A stretch of 64,000 nt of DNA from Camelus dromedarius. Taxonomy: Eukaryota. The notes beneath the pieces are model-generated. The model saw only the letters and a list, made by a program, of their open reading frames with translations, ran no database searches and was not told where the DNA came from. The stretch lies in NCBI RefSeq assembly GCF_036321535.1, contig NC_087437.1:90522001-90586000 (forward strand). Direction: 5' to 3'. Position 1 is the first letter of the stretch. Each line of letters opens with the position of its first letter. Made by a program: the position numbers and the translations under genes. Positions 23,108-37,000 of the stretch are shown in pieces.

Positions 23108-25740
23108 AGAAAAAGAAGAACAAACAAAACCTAAAGTCAATAGAAAGAAAGAAATAAAGATCGGGGAGGAAATAAATAAAACTAGGATAAAAAATTGTAA
23201 AAAAGCAATAAAACCAAGAGCTGATTTTTTGAAAGAGTTAAAAAAAAAAATCAACAAACTTCTGGCTAGGCAAACAAAGAAAAGAGAGGCCCCACATAAA
23301 ACAAGAAATAAAAGAGAAGAAAGTATAACCAATACTACAGAAATGCAAAAAACCATAAGAGAGTACTATGAACATATGCCAACAACTGAATATGAATTAT
23401 ATGCCAACAAATTGGACAACCTAGAAAAAATGGACAACTTTCTAGGCACATACAGTCCATAAAAATTGAATCAAGAAGAAATAGATAATATGAATAGACT
23501 GATTACTAGAAGTAAAATAGAATCTGTATTTAAAAAAACAAAAAAACAAAACAAACAAAAAAACCCAAAGACCTCCCTGTAAACGAAAGTCCAGGACCAG
23601 ATGGCTTCACTGGGGAATTCACTGGGGCTTCACATACAAATAAGAATCTATACCAATACTTCTCAAACTCTTCCAAAAACTGAAGAGGAGGGAATACTCC
23701 CAAACTCATTCTATGAAATCACCATCACCCTGATACTAAAACCAAAGACACAACCAAAAAAGAAAATTACAGGCCAGTATCTTTGATGAATATAGAGTCA
23801 AAAATTCTTGACAAAATATTAGCAAATTGAAACAACTACACATATAAAACACTACAATCAATTAAGATTCTTCCTTGGTTCACAAGGACCATTCAGTATA
23901 TGCAAATCAATCAGTGTGATATACCATGTCAACAAAAGAAAGATAAAAACACACGTGATCATCTCAGTATATGCAGAAACAGCATTTGATAAAATTCAAC
24001 ATTCATTCATGATAAAAAATCTTACCAAAGTGGATATAGAGGAAACATATCTCAACAGCTCACAGCTAACATAATACTCAACAGTGAAAAGCTGAAAGCC
24101 TTCCCACTAAAATCTGAAACAAGATGAGGATGCCCACTCTCACCACTTCCATTCAACATAGTATTGAAGGTCCTAGCCATAGCAATCAGACAAGAAAAAG
24201 AAATAAAAGGGATCCATATTGGAAGGTAAGAGGTAAAAGTGTCATTATATGTAGATGACATGATATTATATGTAGAAAACCCTAAAGATGCCACACAAAA
24301 ACTACTAGAGCTGATAAACAAATTCAGCAAGGTAGCAGGTTACAAGATGACCACAGAGGAATCTGTTGCATTTGTTTAAACTAACAATGAAATATTAGAA
24401 AAGTTAAAAAAAAAACCCTGTAAAAATCACATAAAAAATAATAAAATACTTAGGAATAAACCTGACCAGGGAAGTAAAAGATTACACAAACTATAAAACA
24501 CTGATAAATAACTATGTCTATAAAACTATAACTATAAAGAACTATAAAACATTGGTAAGGGAAGTTAAAGATGACTCAAAGAAATAGAAAGATATCTCAT
24601 GATCTTTGTTTGGAAGATTTAGTTTTGTTAAAATGGCCAAACTACCCAAAGCAGTCTACAGATTTAATGGGATCCCTATCAAATTACCCAGTATATTTTT
24701 CACAGAACTAGAACAAGCAATACTAACATTTGTATGGAATCACTAAAGACCCAGAATTGCCAAAGCAATCCTGAAGGAAAGGAACAAAACTCCCAGACTT
24801 CAGACAATACTACAAAGCTACAGTGATTAAACCAGCATAGTGTTATCACAAAAAGACATATGGATCAATGGAACAGAATAGAGAGCCCGAAAATAAACCC
24901 ACACACTTAGAGTCAATTAATCTTCTACAAAGGAGGCAAGAATATACAATAGAGGAAAGAAAGTCTTTTCAGCAAATGGTGTTAGGAAAGCCGGACAGCT
25001 GCATTGAAATCAATAGTCAGAACATTCTGTCACACCATATAGAAAAATAAACTCAAAAAGGCTTAAAGAATTAAATATAAGACAGGACACAATAAATCTC
25101 CTAGAAGAGAACACAGACAAATATTCTCTGACACAAATCATAGCAATGTTTTCCTAGGTCAGTCTACCAAGGAATAGAAATAAAAGCAAAAACAAATGGG
25201 ACCTAATTAAACTTACATGTTTTTGCACAGCAAAGGAAACCATCAACAACAAAAAAAGACAACCCATGAGTGGGAGAAAATATTTGCAAACAATGCAACT
25301 GACAAGGGCTTAACTTCCAGAACATTACAAAGAGCTCATACAACTCTGTAACAAAAACAAAACCCAACCAAAAAATGGGCAGATTATCTGCACATTTATC
25401 CAATGAAGACATACAAATGTCCAGTAGGCACATGAAAATATGCTTAATATTGCTAACTATCAGATAAATGCAAATCAAAACTACAAAGAGGTATCACCTT
25501 ACACAAGTCAGAATGGCCATCATTAAAAAGTCCACAATCAAAAAAGTCCACACCCTGAAAGGAAACCCTCCTACACTGTTGGTAGGAATGTAATTTGGTG
25601 CAGCCACTATGGAAAACAGTATGGAGATTCTTTAAAAAATTACAAATAGTTACCTTATGATCCAGCAATCCTGCTCCTGGGCATATATCCAAGAAAATCT
25701 AATTAGAAAAGATACTTGCACCCCAATGTTCAGAACAGTA
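23108..25740 (+). mobile_element. L1 ORF2 fragment (RT region), decayed
   Basis: Translated pieces [50 protein letters not shown] (YVDD at 24248-24259); many stops and frameshifts. Confidence 0.95.
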
Positions 25741-25756
25741 GGTTGGTTAGAATTCA

Positions 25757-25910
25757 TATTTTTTAAACAACTGTATTGAAATATACCTCACATACTATAC
25801 AAATCACCCATGTAAAATGTTCAGTTCCAATGGCTTTATTCTATTCACAGACATGTGCAACCATCATAACAATTTTATAATATTTTCATCACTTCAAAAA
25901 AGAAATCCTG
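25757..25910 (-). mobile_element. L1MB-like 3' end fragment
   Basis: tattgaaatatacctcacatactatacaaatcaccca ... tgtgcaaccatca ... ttttcatcact. Confidence 0.7.
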
Positions 25911-27749
25911 AATTTGTGGTTTCTAGTTCAAAATATAAAGAGCTTGGAAGTCAACATTCTGTCCTCACAAGTAAAAAAGCCAAGCAGAGTGAAAAATCAA
26001 CTCTTCTCAAAGGCATAAGAGAAGGGAGGACCCAGTGCAAACCACTAACCCCAAGACTAGAGAGAAGGAAAGGAATGCAGAGAGCCACAGCTTACCTGGA
26101 GCAGACACAGGTGGAAATCCCTGTAGAAACCAGTACTGGGGTAGGAAAACTTGAACTGTAACTGATGAATTGCTAGAGTCCCAGTGTAAACAACTTTGAG
26201 AGTTAAAAATTCCAAGGTGATCCAGTCATAGGGTGGCCCATACAATATTATTAGATTTACCTCCAAGAGTTCCATCAGGTTCCCATGGTAAACATCAGGA
26301 GAAGAAAAAAAAAAAATCCACTGGGGCTTCCAGCAGGGAGAGGGTAAAAAGAAACCATTTTGAAACACGCCACAGCACTGTGTTCTTCTTAACAACGCCT
26401 GCCCTCAGGAGAAACTAGTGAACCAAAGCCTAACTTTCTGGGAGTATTATCAGAGCCTAACTCAACTGAAGAAGGGAAATAAAATTTGACTCCAGTTCAC
26501 ATAGCCATCCTGATCCTCAGAACAAACCTGAGAAACCTTTGTGAAGTTTATAGTGCAGAGGCATAGGCTCACTAAAGATTTTGACCTAATACAAGACTAT
26601 GTTTCTCCTCCCTACTACAACTCACCACCACATAACTAATGACCTATTTACAGCAGCTTTTTTAAAATTTTTAACCAGTACATCATATCTGGCTATTGAA
26701 AAAAAATTACAAGGCATATCAAAAGACAACAAATACAATTTGAAGAAACAGCCAGACAGAACTGGAGATCCAGAGGTGTTGATGTTATTATACCAGGAAT
26801 TTAAAACAACTATGCTTAACATGCTAATTGTTCCAATGGATAACATAGATATTATGTAACACTGAGTGGGCAGTGTAAACAGAGAATGAAAATGTTAGAA
26901 AAAACCACAAAGAAATACTAGAAATAAAAAACAGTAACAGAAATGAGGAATGCCTTTGATGGGCATACTAGTAGACTGGACCCAACTGAGCAAAGAATCT
27001 CTAAGCTTGAGGATCTCTCAGTAAAATCCTCCAAACCTAAAAAGCAAAGAGAACAAAGACTGAAAAAAAGCCCAGAATATTCAAGGACTGTGGGAAAGCT
27101 ACAAAATATGTAACATAAGCATAATGGGAATTCTAGAAGAAGAAGAGAGAAAGGAATAAAAGAAATATTTGAAACAATAATAACTGAGACAATAACTGAG
27201 AATTTTCCCAAATTAATGTCAGACATCAAACCACAGATCCAAGAAAGATGTTCAAAAGAACATCAAGCCAGATAAATTCAGAAAAACAAAAACAAACAAA
27301 AAGAAGAAAACAAAAACTTACACGTAGGCATATCATCTTCAATTTATAGAAAATAAAAAGTAAAGAAAAAACCCTGAAAGAAGCCAGAGGGAAAACATAC
27401 TTTATGTATAGTGGAACAGAGATAAGAATGACATTTGACTACTCAGGGAAAATGTAAGCAAAAAGAGTAGAGTGAAATACTTAAAGCACTGAGAAAAAAC
27501 CCACTGACTTACAATTCTGCACACTGTGAAATTATCTTTCAAAAATGAAAGAGAATAAAAGATTTCTCAGACAAATAAAAATTAAGGAAATTTATTGCCA
27601 ATAAAGTTGCTTTGCAAGAAATGTTAAAAAGAAACTATTTAGAGAGAAGAAAAGTAATATAGGTCAGAATTCAGATCTACACAAAGAAAAGGAGAGGACT
27701 GAAAAACCAATAAGTGAGGATATAATAAAACCTTTAATTATTCTTACTC

Positions 27750-30700
27750 TTTTTTCTTTGCAGTGTAGTTGATTTATAATGTTATACTAATTTCAAGTGT
27801 TCAACATAGTGAATTGATACTTTTATAGATTATACTCTATTGAAAGTATCAAAAAATATCAGCTGCATTCCCTGTGCTGTATGTTACATTCTTGTGTTTT
27901 AATTACTTTATAGGTAGTTGTCTTAATCCCCTACCTCTATCTTGCCCATACCTCCATCACTCTCCCCACTGGTAACCACTAGTTTGTTTTCTGTATCTGA
28001 GTCTGTTTCTGTGTTGTTGTATTCATTTGTCCATTTTATATTTTAGATTGCACATATAGGTGAAAACATATAGTATTTGTCTCTCTGTCTGACTTCTTTC
28101 ACTAAGCATAATATACTCTAGGACCATCCATGCTGTTGCAAATGGCAAATTTAAAACTTTTTATGGCTGAGTAATATTCCATTGTGATATGTATAAAAAT
28201 TCTTTATCCATTCATCTGTTGATGGACACTTAGGTTGCTTCCATATCATGGCTACTGTAAACAAAGCTGCTGTGAACATTAGGGTGTACATATCATTTCA
28301 AATTAGTGGTTTTGTTTTCTTCAGATATATACCTAGGAGTGGAATTGCTGGATCACATGGCAGTTCTATTTTCAGTTTTTTGAGGAACCTCCATATTATT
28401 TTCCATAATGGCTGCACCCATTTACATTCCCACCAACAGTGATGTAGGGTATTGTTTTCTAAACATCCTCACCAACATTTGCTATTTATTGTGTTTTTGA
28501 TAATTGGCATTCTGAAAGATGTGAGGTAATGTCTCCTTGGGGTTTTGGTTTGTATTTCCCTGATGATTAGTGATGTTGAGCAACTTTTCATGTCCCTAAT
28601 GGCCATTTATATGTCTTCTTTGGAAAAATATCTATTCAGGTCTTCTGCCCATTTTTAAATTGTGTTGTTAGGTTTTTTTTTTTTTAATTGAATACAACTT
28701 TTTTTGAAGACATGGAGATATTTTATTGTTTAAATTTTAAATTGCTAAATTTAAAGAAAAAACTCTCTGACCTATGATACATGGTCAAGTCTGAGCAGAC
28801 TGTGTTTGGTTTGTCTTCAAGGCCAAGTCCCATAGCCTCCCACTCCCACTCAGAGGGTATCTTCTTGTGAAGTGAATATGAAAGTGAACTTTTATTATTC
28901 TGATTATATATGTTGGATATTAACCCTTTATCAGGCATATAATTTGAATTGAAATTCATTTGAAAATATGTTCTCCCATTCAGTAAGTTGTGTTTTCATT
29001 TTGTTGATGGCTTCCTATGGTGTGAAAAGCTTTTAAGTTAAATTAGGTCCCATTTGTTTATTTTTGCTCTTGTTTCCCTTGCCTGAAGAGACAGATTCCG
29101 CCCCCCCCCCCCCAAAAATTGCTATAGTAATGTCAAAGAGGATACTGTCTATATTTTCTTCCAGGAGTTTTATGGTTTCTGAGCTTACATTTAGATCTTT
29201 AATTTATTTTGAGTTTATTTTTGTATATGGTTTGAGAAAATGTTCTAATTTCATTCTTTTACATGAAGCTTTCCAGTTTTCCCAGTACCACTTATTGAAG
29301 AGACCTGTAAATTGCTTTAGGTAGTGTGGGCATTTTAACCAAATTTCATGAATGTGGGATATCTTCCCATTTATTTGTATCATATTCAATTTCCTTCATC
29401 AACGTCTTATAGTTTTCAGGTCTTTCACCTCCTGGTTAAACTTATTCCTAGGTATTTTATTCTTTTTGATGCAATTTTAAACTTGATTGTTTCCTTGCTT
29501 TCTCTTTCTGATAGTTCATTATTAGTATATAGGAAAGCAACAGATTGTTGTGTACTAATCTTGTATCCTGTAACTTTAGTGTATTAATTTATTAGTTCTA
29601 ATAGTTTTTTTGTTTTTGTTTTTCAGTTGAATCTTTAGGGTTTTCAATATATAGTATCATGTAATTTGCACAAAGTGACTTTACTTCTCTTCCAATTTTT
29701 ATGACTTTTATTTCTTTTTCTTGTCTGACTGCTGTGTTAGGACTTCCAATACTATGTTAAATATAAGTGGTGAGAGTAGGCTTCCTTGTCTTGTTCCTTA
29801 TCTTTTAGAAGGAGCTTTTAGCTTTTCATCACTGAGTATTTTGTTACCTGTTGTTTGTTATAAATGGACTTTATTATATTGAGGTATATTCCCTCTATTA
29901 CCAACTTTAATGAGAGTTTCTTTTTTTTTTCCTAATGGAGGTACTTGGGATTGAACCCAGGACCTCGTGCATGTTAAGCATACACTCTGCCACTAAGGTA
30001 TTCCCTACCCCTCTAATGAGAGGTGTTTTTTTTGTTTTTATCACAAATGATTTTTCTGCATATATTGAGATGCTTATATGGTTTTTATACTTCATTGTAT
30101 TAATGTGGTATGTCACATTCCCTATAATTATCTTTGTTGTAGTGTCTTTTTTGGTTTTGGTATCCGGGTAGCCTTGTAGAACAAATTTGGGAGTATTCCC
30201 TCCTGTTTAATTTTCTGAAATAGTAGGCTTCCTGTGCAAGCTGTGATGTGAGCTGGGGCAGTCCCAGCAAGCTGGCCAGAGCCCCATACAATTTTCAATC
30301 TGCTCCCACTGCACCGTGACCATGAATAAGCACATGTGTGTGCATGCTGTTTAAGAGCAGAGTCTTGATTTCTTATAGATTTGTGGTAAGCCTCACTGGT
30401 TTTTTAAACCGACTAAGGAGACTTGTCTTCTAGTGACAGATCCCAGGACTAAAGTGCCTAATATGCGGCTCAAATCCCTCACTCCTCAGGGCAGATCCCC
30501 AAGCCCACAATATCCCCTTTCTTTTCTGGGTCCAACATCAGGAGTGAGGGTCCTGCTTTGATTGCTTCTCCTCCTTTCCTACTAGACTCCATGTGAACCT
30601 TTCTTCACAGTCTTGGTTTCGCAAGAGCCTTTCTACCAGTCTTTAGGTTGTTTTCAGAAAAAGTTGCTCCACGTATAGTTGAATTTTTGTTGTGTTCACA

Positions 30701-30750
30701 GAGGAAAGTGAGTTCAGTATCCTTTTACTCTACCACCTTAAACTCACATT
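27750..30750 (-). mobile_element. Younger L1 nested in the older L1, retaining both 5' and 3' ends but internally deleted
   Basis: 3' UTR at 27750; ORF2 3' half to ~30222; laurasiatherian-type L1 5' UTR at 30225-30750 ending ...gtgagttcagtatccttttactctaccacctt. Confidence 0.85.
29917..30013 (-). mobile_element. vic-1-type SINE nested in L1
   Basis: ggaggtacttgggattgaacccaggacctcgtgcatg (reverse B-box); TSD taatgagag at 29908-29916 and 30014-30022. Confidence 0.85.
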
Positions 30751-33700
30751 AAATTTTCTTTCTTTCTTTCTTCTAATTGATCTAAGAGATAACATTTTGT
30801 TCAAAATAAAAATAGTAACAATGTATTTGATTATGTGTGCTTATGTATATGAATATATTTTAATACATATATGCTTATATATAAATGAAATGAAAGGGTG
30901 GGAGACAAGAATTAGGATTGTTTTCTCATTATAAGGTACTCACACCACGTGTAAAATGGTATATGTTATTTGAAAGCAAGCTTGGATTTGTTGTAAATAT
31001 ATATTGTAATTTCTAGGGCAACCACTAAAATAAGTGTAACTCATGTCCTAGGAAAGGAGGGAAAATTACATCATATAAAATGCCTGGTTTAAACAAAAGG
31101 CAGAAAAATTGTATGACAAAAATAGGAACAAGGAACAAGAACCAATAAAAAAACAGTAAAAATATGGTAGATATTAATCCAACTTTGAATATTAATAGTC
31201 TAAGTGTACTAATTAAAAGACAGATTGTCAAAGTGGTTGAAAGATACAACCCAACTATATGTTGTCTACAAGAAACCCACTTTAAATATAAAGTCACATA
31301 TAAATTAAAAGTAAATGGATAGAGGAAAATATACCATGATAACACCAATCAAAGGAAAATAAGAGTAGTTATATTAATTTCAGACAGAGCAGACAGCAAA
31401 GTAAGGAAAAGTATCAGGGATAAAGATGGGAATTACACAATGATAAATGCATCAATTCTTTAAGAAGACAAAACAATTCTTACTGCATATGCACCTAACA
31501 CCAGAGCATCAAACTACATGAGGTAAAAGCTGATAGAACCGCAAAGAGAACTAGATGAATTCACTATCACAGTTGGAGGCTTTAATGCTCCTTCTCAGAA
31601 ATGGATGAATCCAGCTGGCAGAATATCAGTAAAGACATAGCTGAACTCAACAATCAACTAGCTATAATTGATGATGTGTATAGACTACTTAATCTAACAA
31701 CAGCAGAATATATATGCTTCTCAAGCTGTTCACCAAATAGACCACATTCTGGGCCATAAAACACACCTTAACAAGTAAGAATCATACAATTTCTGCTCTC
31801 AGATAACAACAGAATAGAATAAAACAAGAAATCACCAAAAGAGAGATAAATTAAAAATATCAAACTACATGGATATTAATCAATTCACTTCTAAATAATA
31901 CATCTTTTAAAAAAGAATTTTCAATGGAAATTAAGAATAATTTTAACTAAATGACAATGAAACATACAACTTATCAAAACATATGGGATGAAGAGAAAAA
32001 AGTGCTTATAGGGAAATTTGTAGCATTGCATATGAATATATGCATGAAGGAGTGCATACTAGGAAAAAAGAAAGATCTAAAATCAATAATCTAAGTTTCT
32101 ACCTTAGGAAACTAGAAAAAAAGAAAAGAACAAATTAAATCCAAAGTAAGCAGAAGAAAATACATAATAAGGATTGGAGCAGAAATTAATGTAATTGAAA
32201 ACAGGAAATAAATAGAGAAAATCAACAAAACCAAAAGCTGGTTCTTTGAAAAGACAATAAAATCAGTAATTCTTCAGCCAGGCTAACTAAGGAAAAAAGA
32301 AATAGGACACAAATTTCTAATATCAGAAATGAAGAGGGGGGCATTGCTATAGATCTCATGGAAATTAAAAGTATAATAGAAGAATACTATAGATAATTCT
32401 ATGTCCACAAACTTGATAACCCAGAGGAAATGAACAAATTTTTTGAAAGACATAACCTGCCAAAACTCACACAAGAAACAGACAATCAGAATAAGCCTAT
32501 GTGTATTAAAGAAATTGAATCGATAATCAAAAAACTTCCAAAACAGAAAACATTAGGCTCAAATGGGTTCACTGATGAATTCTCCCAAACATTTAATGAA
32601 GCAATTAAAACAATTCTCTACAATCTCTTTTAGAGGATAGAAGCTGAGAGAATTCTTCCTGATTCATTCTATGAGGTCAAAATTAACCTGATACCAAAAA
32701 CAGACAGACATCACAAGAAAATAAAACTATAGGCCAATGTCTGTATCATGTTATATGATATATATGTTATATCACAAGCATAGATACAAAAATCTTCAAC
32801 AAAATATTAGAAAATTGAATCCAACTATGTAGAAAGAGGAATTATACACCAGGTGGGATTTATATCAAATATGCAAGGATAATTCAACATTCAAAAACCA
32901 ATTAATATAATCCAGCACATCAATAGACCAAAAAAAAAAATCACATAATCATAACAATAGATGCTGAAAAAGTATTTGCCAAAATTCAACACCCATTTAT
33001 GGTAAAATTTTTCAGTAAACTAGGAATAGATGATAATTTTCACAACTTGATAAAGATTATCTACAAAAGCCTACATCTAATATACTTAGTGGAGAGAAAC
33101 TTGAAGCTTTAACCATTAAGATCAGGTATGAGTTAAGCAAGTCCTATCTTACCACTTCTTTCCAACATCATATAGGAAGTCCTTGCTAATGTTATCAGGT
33201 AAGGAAAGGACATAAACGTACATTTATTTGGAAGGAAGACAAAACTATTTTTGTTTGCAGATGAAGTGATCATTTATATAGAAAACCTTAAAGAATCAAC
33301 AAAAGTTCCTGGAAGTGATTGTAGCAAGGCTACAGGATGCAAAGTTAATATACCAAAGTCAATGGCTTTCCTATATATCAACAACAAACAAGCAGAATTT
33401 GAAATTGAAAACATAAAAACAAAAATATTTACATTAGCACTAAAAAAGCAAAATACTTAAGTATAAATCTAACAAATGTCTACAAGATTTGTATATGGAA
33501 ATCCACAAAACTCTGATGAACAACACAAAGAAATAATTCAATAAATGGAGAGATAGTTTGTGTTCAAGCAAGTAAAACTCAATAGTGTCAAGATATCAAT
33601 TCTTCCCAACTTTATATTCAATGCAATATCACTTAAAATGCCTGCAGGTTATTTTATGAATATTGAAAAACTGATTCTAAAGGTTACATGGAGAGGCAAA

Positions 33701-35169
33701 AGACCCAGAAAGCCAACACAATATTAAAGGAGAACAAAGTTGGGGAACCGATGCCTCCCAACTTCAAGATGTATTACAATTCTATAGTAATCAAGACAGT
33801 GCAGTACTGGCAAAATAATAGATAAATTGATCAATGGAACAGAATAGAGATCCTAGAAATAGACCCTCACACATAGAATCAACTGATTTTTGACAAAGAA
33901 ACAAAAATAGTCTCTTCAACATATGGTGCATAAAACTGGACATTGACATGCAAGAACATAACCTTAGACACAAACTTTCTACCCTTCAATGTCTCCAATG
34001 TGGAGACATCGGAACCCTTGTATACTTTTGGTGGGAATGTAAATTGGTGCACCTGGTATGAAAAACTGTATGGAGGCTTCTCAAAACTTAAAAATAGTAC
34101 TATCATGTGATTCAGCAATCCCACTTCTGGATCTGTATCCCAAAGAATTGAAAATAGGGTCTTGAAGAGATACTTGTACTCCCATGTTCACTGCAATATT
34201 ATCCATAATAGCATAGACAGGAAAACAACATAAATGTCCACTGATGGATGACTGGATAAAGGAAATTTTGGTATATACATACACTGTATTATTATTCAGA
34301 TTTAAATAAAAAGGAAATCTTGCCAAATTTGACAACATGGATAACATTATGCTAAGTGAAAAAAGCTAGTTGTAGAAGGACAAATACTGAATGATTCCAC
34401 TTAGATACCTGAAATAGTCAAAGTCATAGAAACAGAGCATAAAATGATGGTTTCCAATGACTAGGGGTAGGGTAAAATGGGCAGTTGCTATTTAATGAGT
34501 ATAAACTTCAGTTTTGTAAGACAAATAAGTTCTAGAGATCTGCTTCACAACACTTAACTATAGTTGACAGTATTGTACTGTGTTCTCAAAATTTTGTTTA
34601 GAAGGCAGATCTCATGTTAACAATTCCTACCACAATAAAAACAATAAATAAAAAAAGAAAAATAATAATAAATCCAATAGGGAGAACATAAATAAAAATA
34701 AATAAATTGAATAAAGGTAAAATAAGTCTCAGAGAAATTCATATTGCAAATGAAAGCTTAAGTCTAACCAAAGAAATATGTATTTCAGATGTAGAAACAT
34801 TTGAGTTTTAATGTTTCAAAGACCAGAAGCAGGTAGACAAATCTCCACAGCCACTGAGCAGGGAATATTCCCCAATGCACTCATCAGATGTAGCTAGGAA
34901 GGGTAATGGAACAGGAAGAACCTTCCGTAGAGTGGACCCAGGAACCAATGAAAATAAATTGAGAAGTGGAGCCTCTCAGAAAGCAGACTCAAGGCTTCAT
35001 GGAGGGAAATCTGGGGTAGAGGTACCTCATGGGAGAGTTACTTGTTATTCAGGATAACTTGTGGCCATATTGTTTGAACTACCACAGATTCTTGTTCTTC
35101 TTATTGACTTAAGTAGATGTTTTTCATAGGTCCTCAGGATGATTTCCAGAGTGCTGTGTTGGTCCCAGC

Positions 35170-35810
35170 CTATTGATATTAACACTATGGGTTAGGAATG
35201 TCTACAGCGCTTGTCTGGGCCCACATTACTTGTAGTGAGCTCCCACTGGGGCCAATGTTGTGGCGGGAGCGGCCCATGTGGTTCTTATTATGATCATAAG
35301 ACTCAACCAGAAATCCTCAGGGAGCTTTGAGGAGCAAGATTTATTACTCACAGGTGCTGGAGGGAACATGTCACACCCAAGGGCCACACAGCCAGGTTGT
35401 GGGAAGAAAGGAGAAAGGGAGAGTCAGAGTGAGAGAAATAAAGAAAGAGAGAGAGAGCCCAAATTTGGGGCTCTGCCTTTATCAGGGTCCAAGGGTGGAG
35501 TGTCTAGGGTTTTGTGATTTCACTATTAGCTAATTTAAAACATAACAGCAGAAATTAGGGCAGGGAAAGGGAAACACACTCTAGGGGTCAGTTATCTCAG
35601 TTAATGAAGGCTTTCTGAAAGAGGGACCTTCATGGGCAGGGATGGCCTAATTCCCTATCTGGTTGTTTTGCTAGTAGCTGTGTCAGACAGCTGGAAATAT
35701 GTTCATTTAAGATGGATCTCTTTTAATATGGATGCCTTGGCTATCAAAAGCTTAATGCCAGCCACTTATGCTACAATCAAAAAGTTTAATATCAGGCACT
35801 TACACTATAC
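35170..35810 (-). mobile_element. ERV solo LTR (MER76-like; family assignment tentative)
   Basis: Reverse poly(A) signal tttatta ~35340, reverse TATA-like cctttat ~35477, minus-strand TG start at 35810; left boundary uncertain. Confidence 0.55.
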
Positions 35811-36109
35811 AGAGAATTGTTGGGCTGTTTGTTGGGGTATTTGTCTTACACAATTTCCATGACTTTTGCTGGGGAGTTGTTTGAGATCCCCCAGAATAGA
35901 GCAACTTTACTATGTCTTCCTAGCAGGAATTTCAGAATTTCTGTGGACAAGTGGCTGATGTATTTGTCCATTTTTGCCTTTGTGAATTATCCTGCTTATT
36001 GTGGTTATCCTGCTTTGATCTACTACTGTATACCTTCTATAAGTTTATGAAAGAATGAATGGTGAGCTGATGCCTTGTCATTTTAGTCCACTGGTTTCTG
36101 GACTCAAAG

Positions 36110-36549
36110 GACCTCTATGGATTTTATCAATCTGGTTTTCTTCCCTCTGACTGCCAGTTGTGTTCAGACAGTGGAAGACATGGGTCAGAAATTAGAGGAC
36201 GTGAGGAGAGAGAGAGATAATCAAGTTTCTTATTCCTCTGTGTTCCTCTCTACTAGACTGAGGATTTTTTTTAACATGTATGTTTCTCTACTAGCATCCA
36301 CAGCTTCTGTCAAGCACTAAACAACTGTACTTCTAAAACCATTCTGATATCACTTCCTCCCTTACCTCTTCAGATCTAAGGGTGTTAACTGCCGCCTGCT
36401 GTTTCAAGTTCACCATTCCTGTAGGTTTCCCTTAATCCTGCCAACTCCTTTGTAAATATCACCTGTATAATTCTCTTTAATTACATCTTTTTCAATTACT
36501 TCTTTTTGAGTGTGCCACCTGTTTTATCCTAGTAGTCTGACTAATATAC
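36110..36549 (+). mobile_element. LTR33-like ERVL LTR
   Basis: ccacagcttctgtcaagca ... ggtttcccttaatcctgcc ... tttgtaaata ... tttgagtgtgccacctgttt ... ctgactaata. Confidence 0.7.
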
Positions 36550-36714
36550 TGGCCTTTACATTGGGTGCAATGACAGGATGAAGATTTAATTTACTTCTTT
36601 GGCAGTCTTGAATGCATAGGAAGAAATAAACAAAGGCTATTTCGTACTACTAGGTTTAACTAAGCCAGAGAAAGTAATGGTTAGCAAGTTTTCCATATCC
36701 CAAGTACTTTATTT

Positions 36715-37000
36715 CTCAACCTACCTTTTTAGTGTTGGGTTGTCAGGCACGTGCTTGATTCCAGGCAATGGACTATGACAGGAAGTGCCATGTATTATTT
36801 ATGAGCAGAGCAGTTAAGAGCAGTAGTAAATTCTCCAAGCTGTATTTTCCTCTGCCTTAGCCACCTCTGAGGCCAGCTTTCCCCAGTAGCATAGCAACAA
36901 GATGGAGAAGGGTTACTTTACGAACATCAGCTTTCCTAACTTTCTTAGGTAAAGCCATGGAGACCTGTGAGTTAGAAAACATAAGGCACATTAGACTAAA
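36715..37000 (+). mobile_element. MLT1-family MaLR LTR remnant
   Basis: ggcaatggactatgacaggaagtg ... agcagttaagagc ... cctctgcc ... aagccatggaga. Confidence 0.55.

Larger units (their letters stand above)
25915..34700 (+). mobile_element. Near full-length ancient L1 (5' UTR, ORF1, inter-ORF, ORF2, 3' UTR), interrupted at ~27750-30760
   Basis: ORF1-like coiled-coil region ~26750-27650; endonuclease motif CCLQETHFK ~31260; RT motif FADEVIIYIENLKES at 33254; 3' UTR and A-tail to ~34700. The segment after ~33990 may be a separate L1MA/MB-type 3' end. Confidence 0.88.

Noticed and set aside
23087..34347. ORFs with RT or endonuclease similarity as an active retroelement or novel RT system
   Set aside because: They are short fragments of decayed L1 ORF1/ORF2 with many stops and frameshifts.
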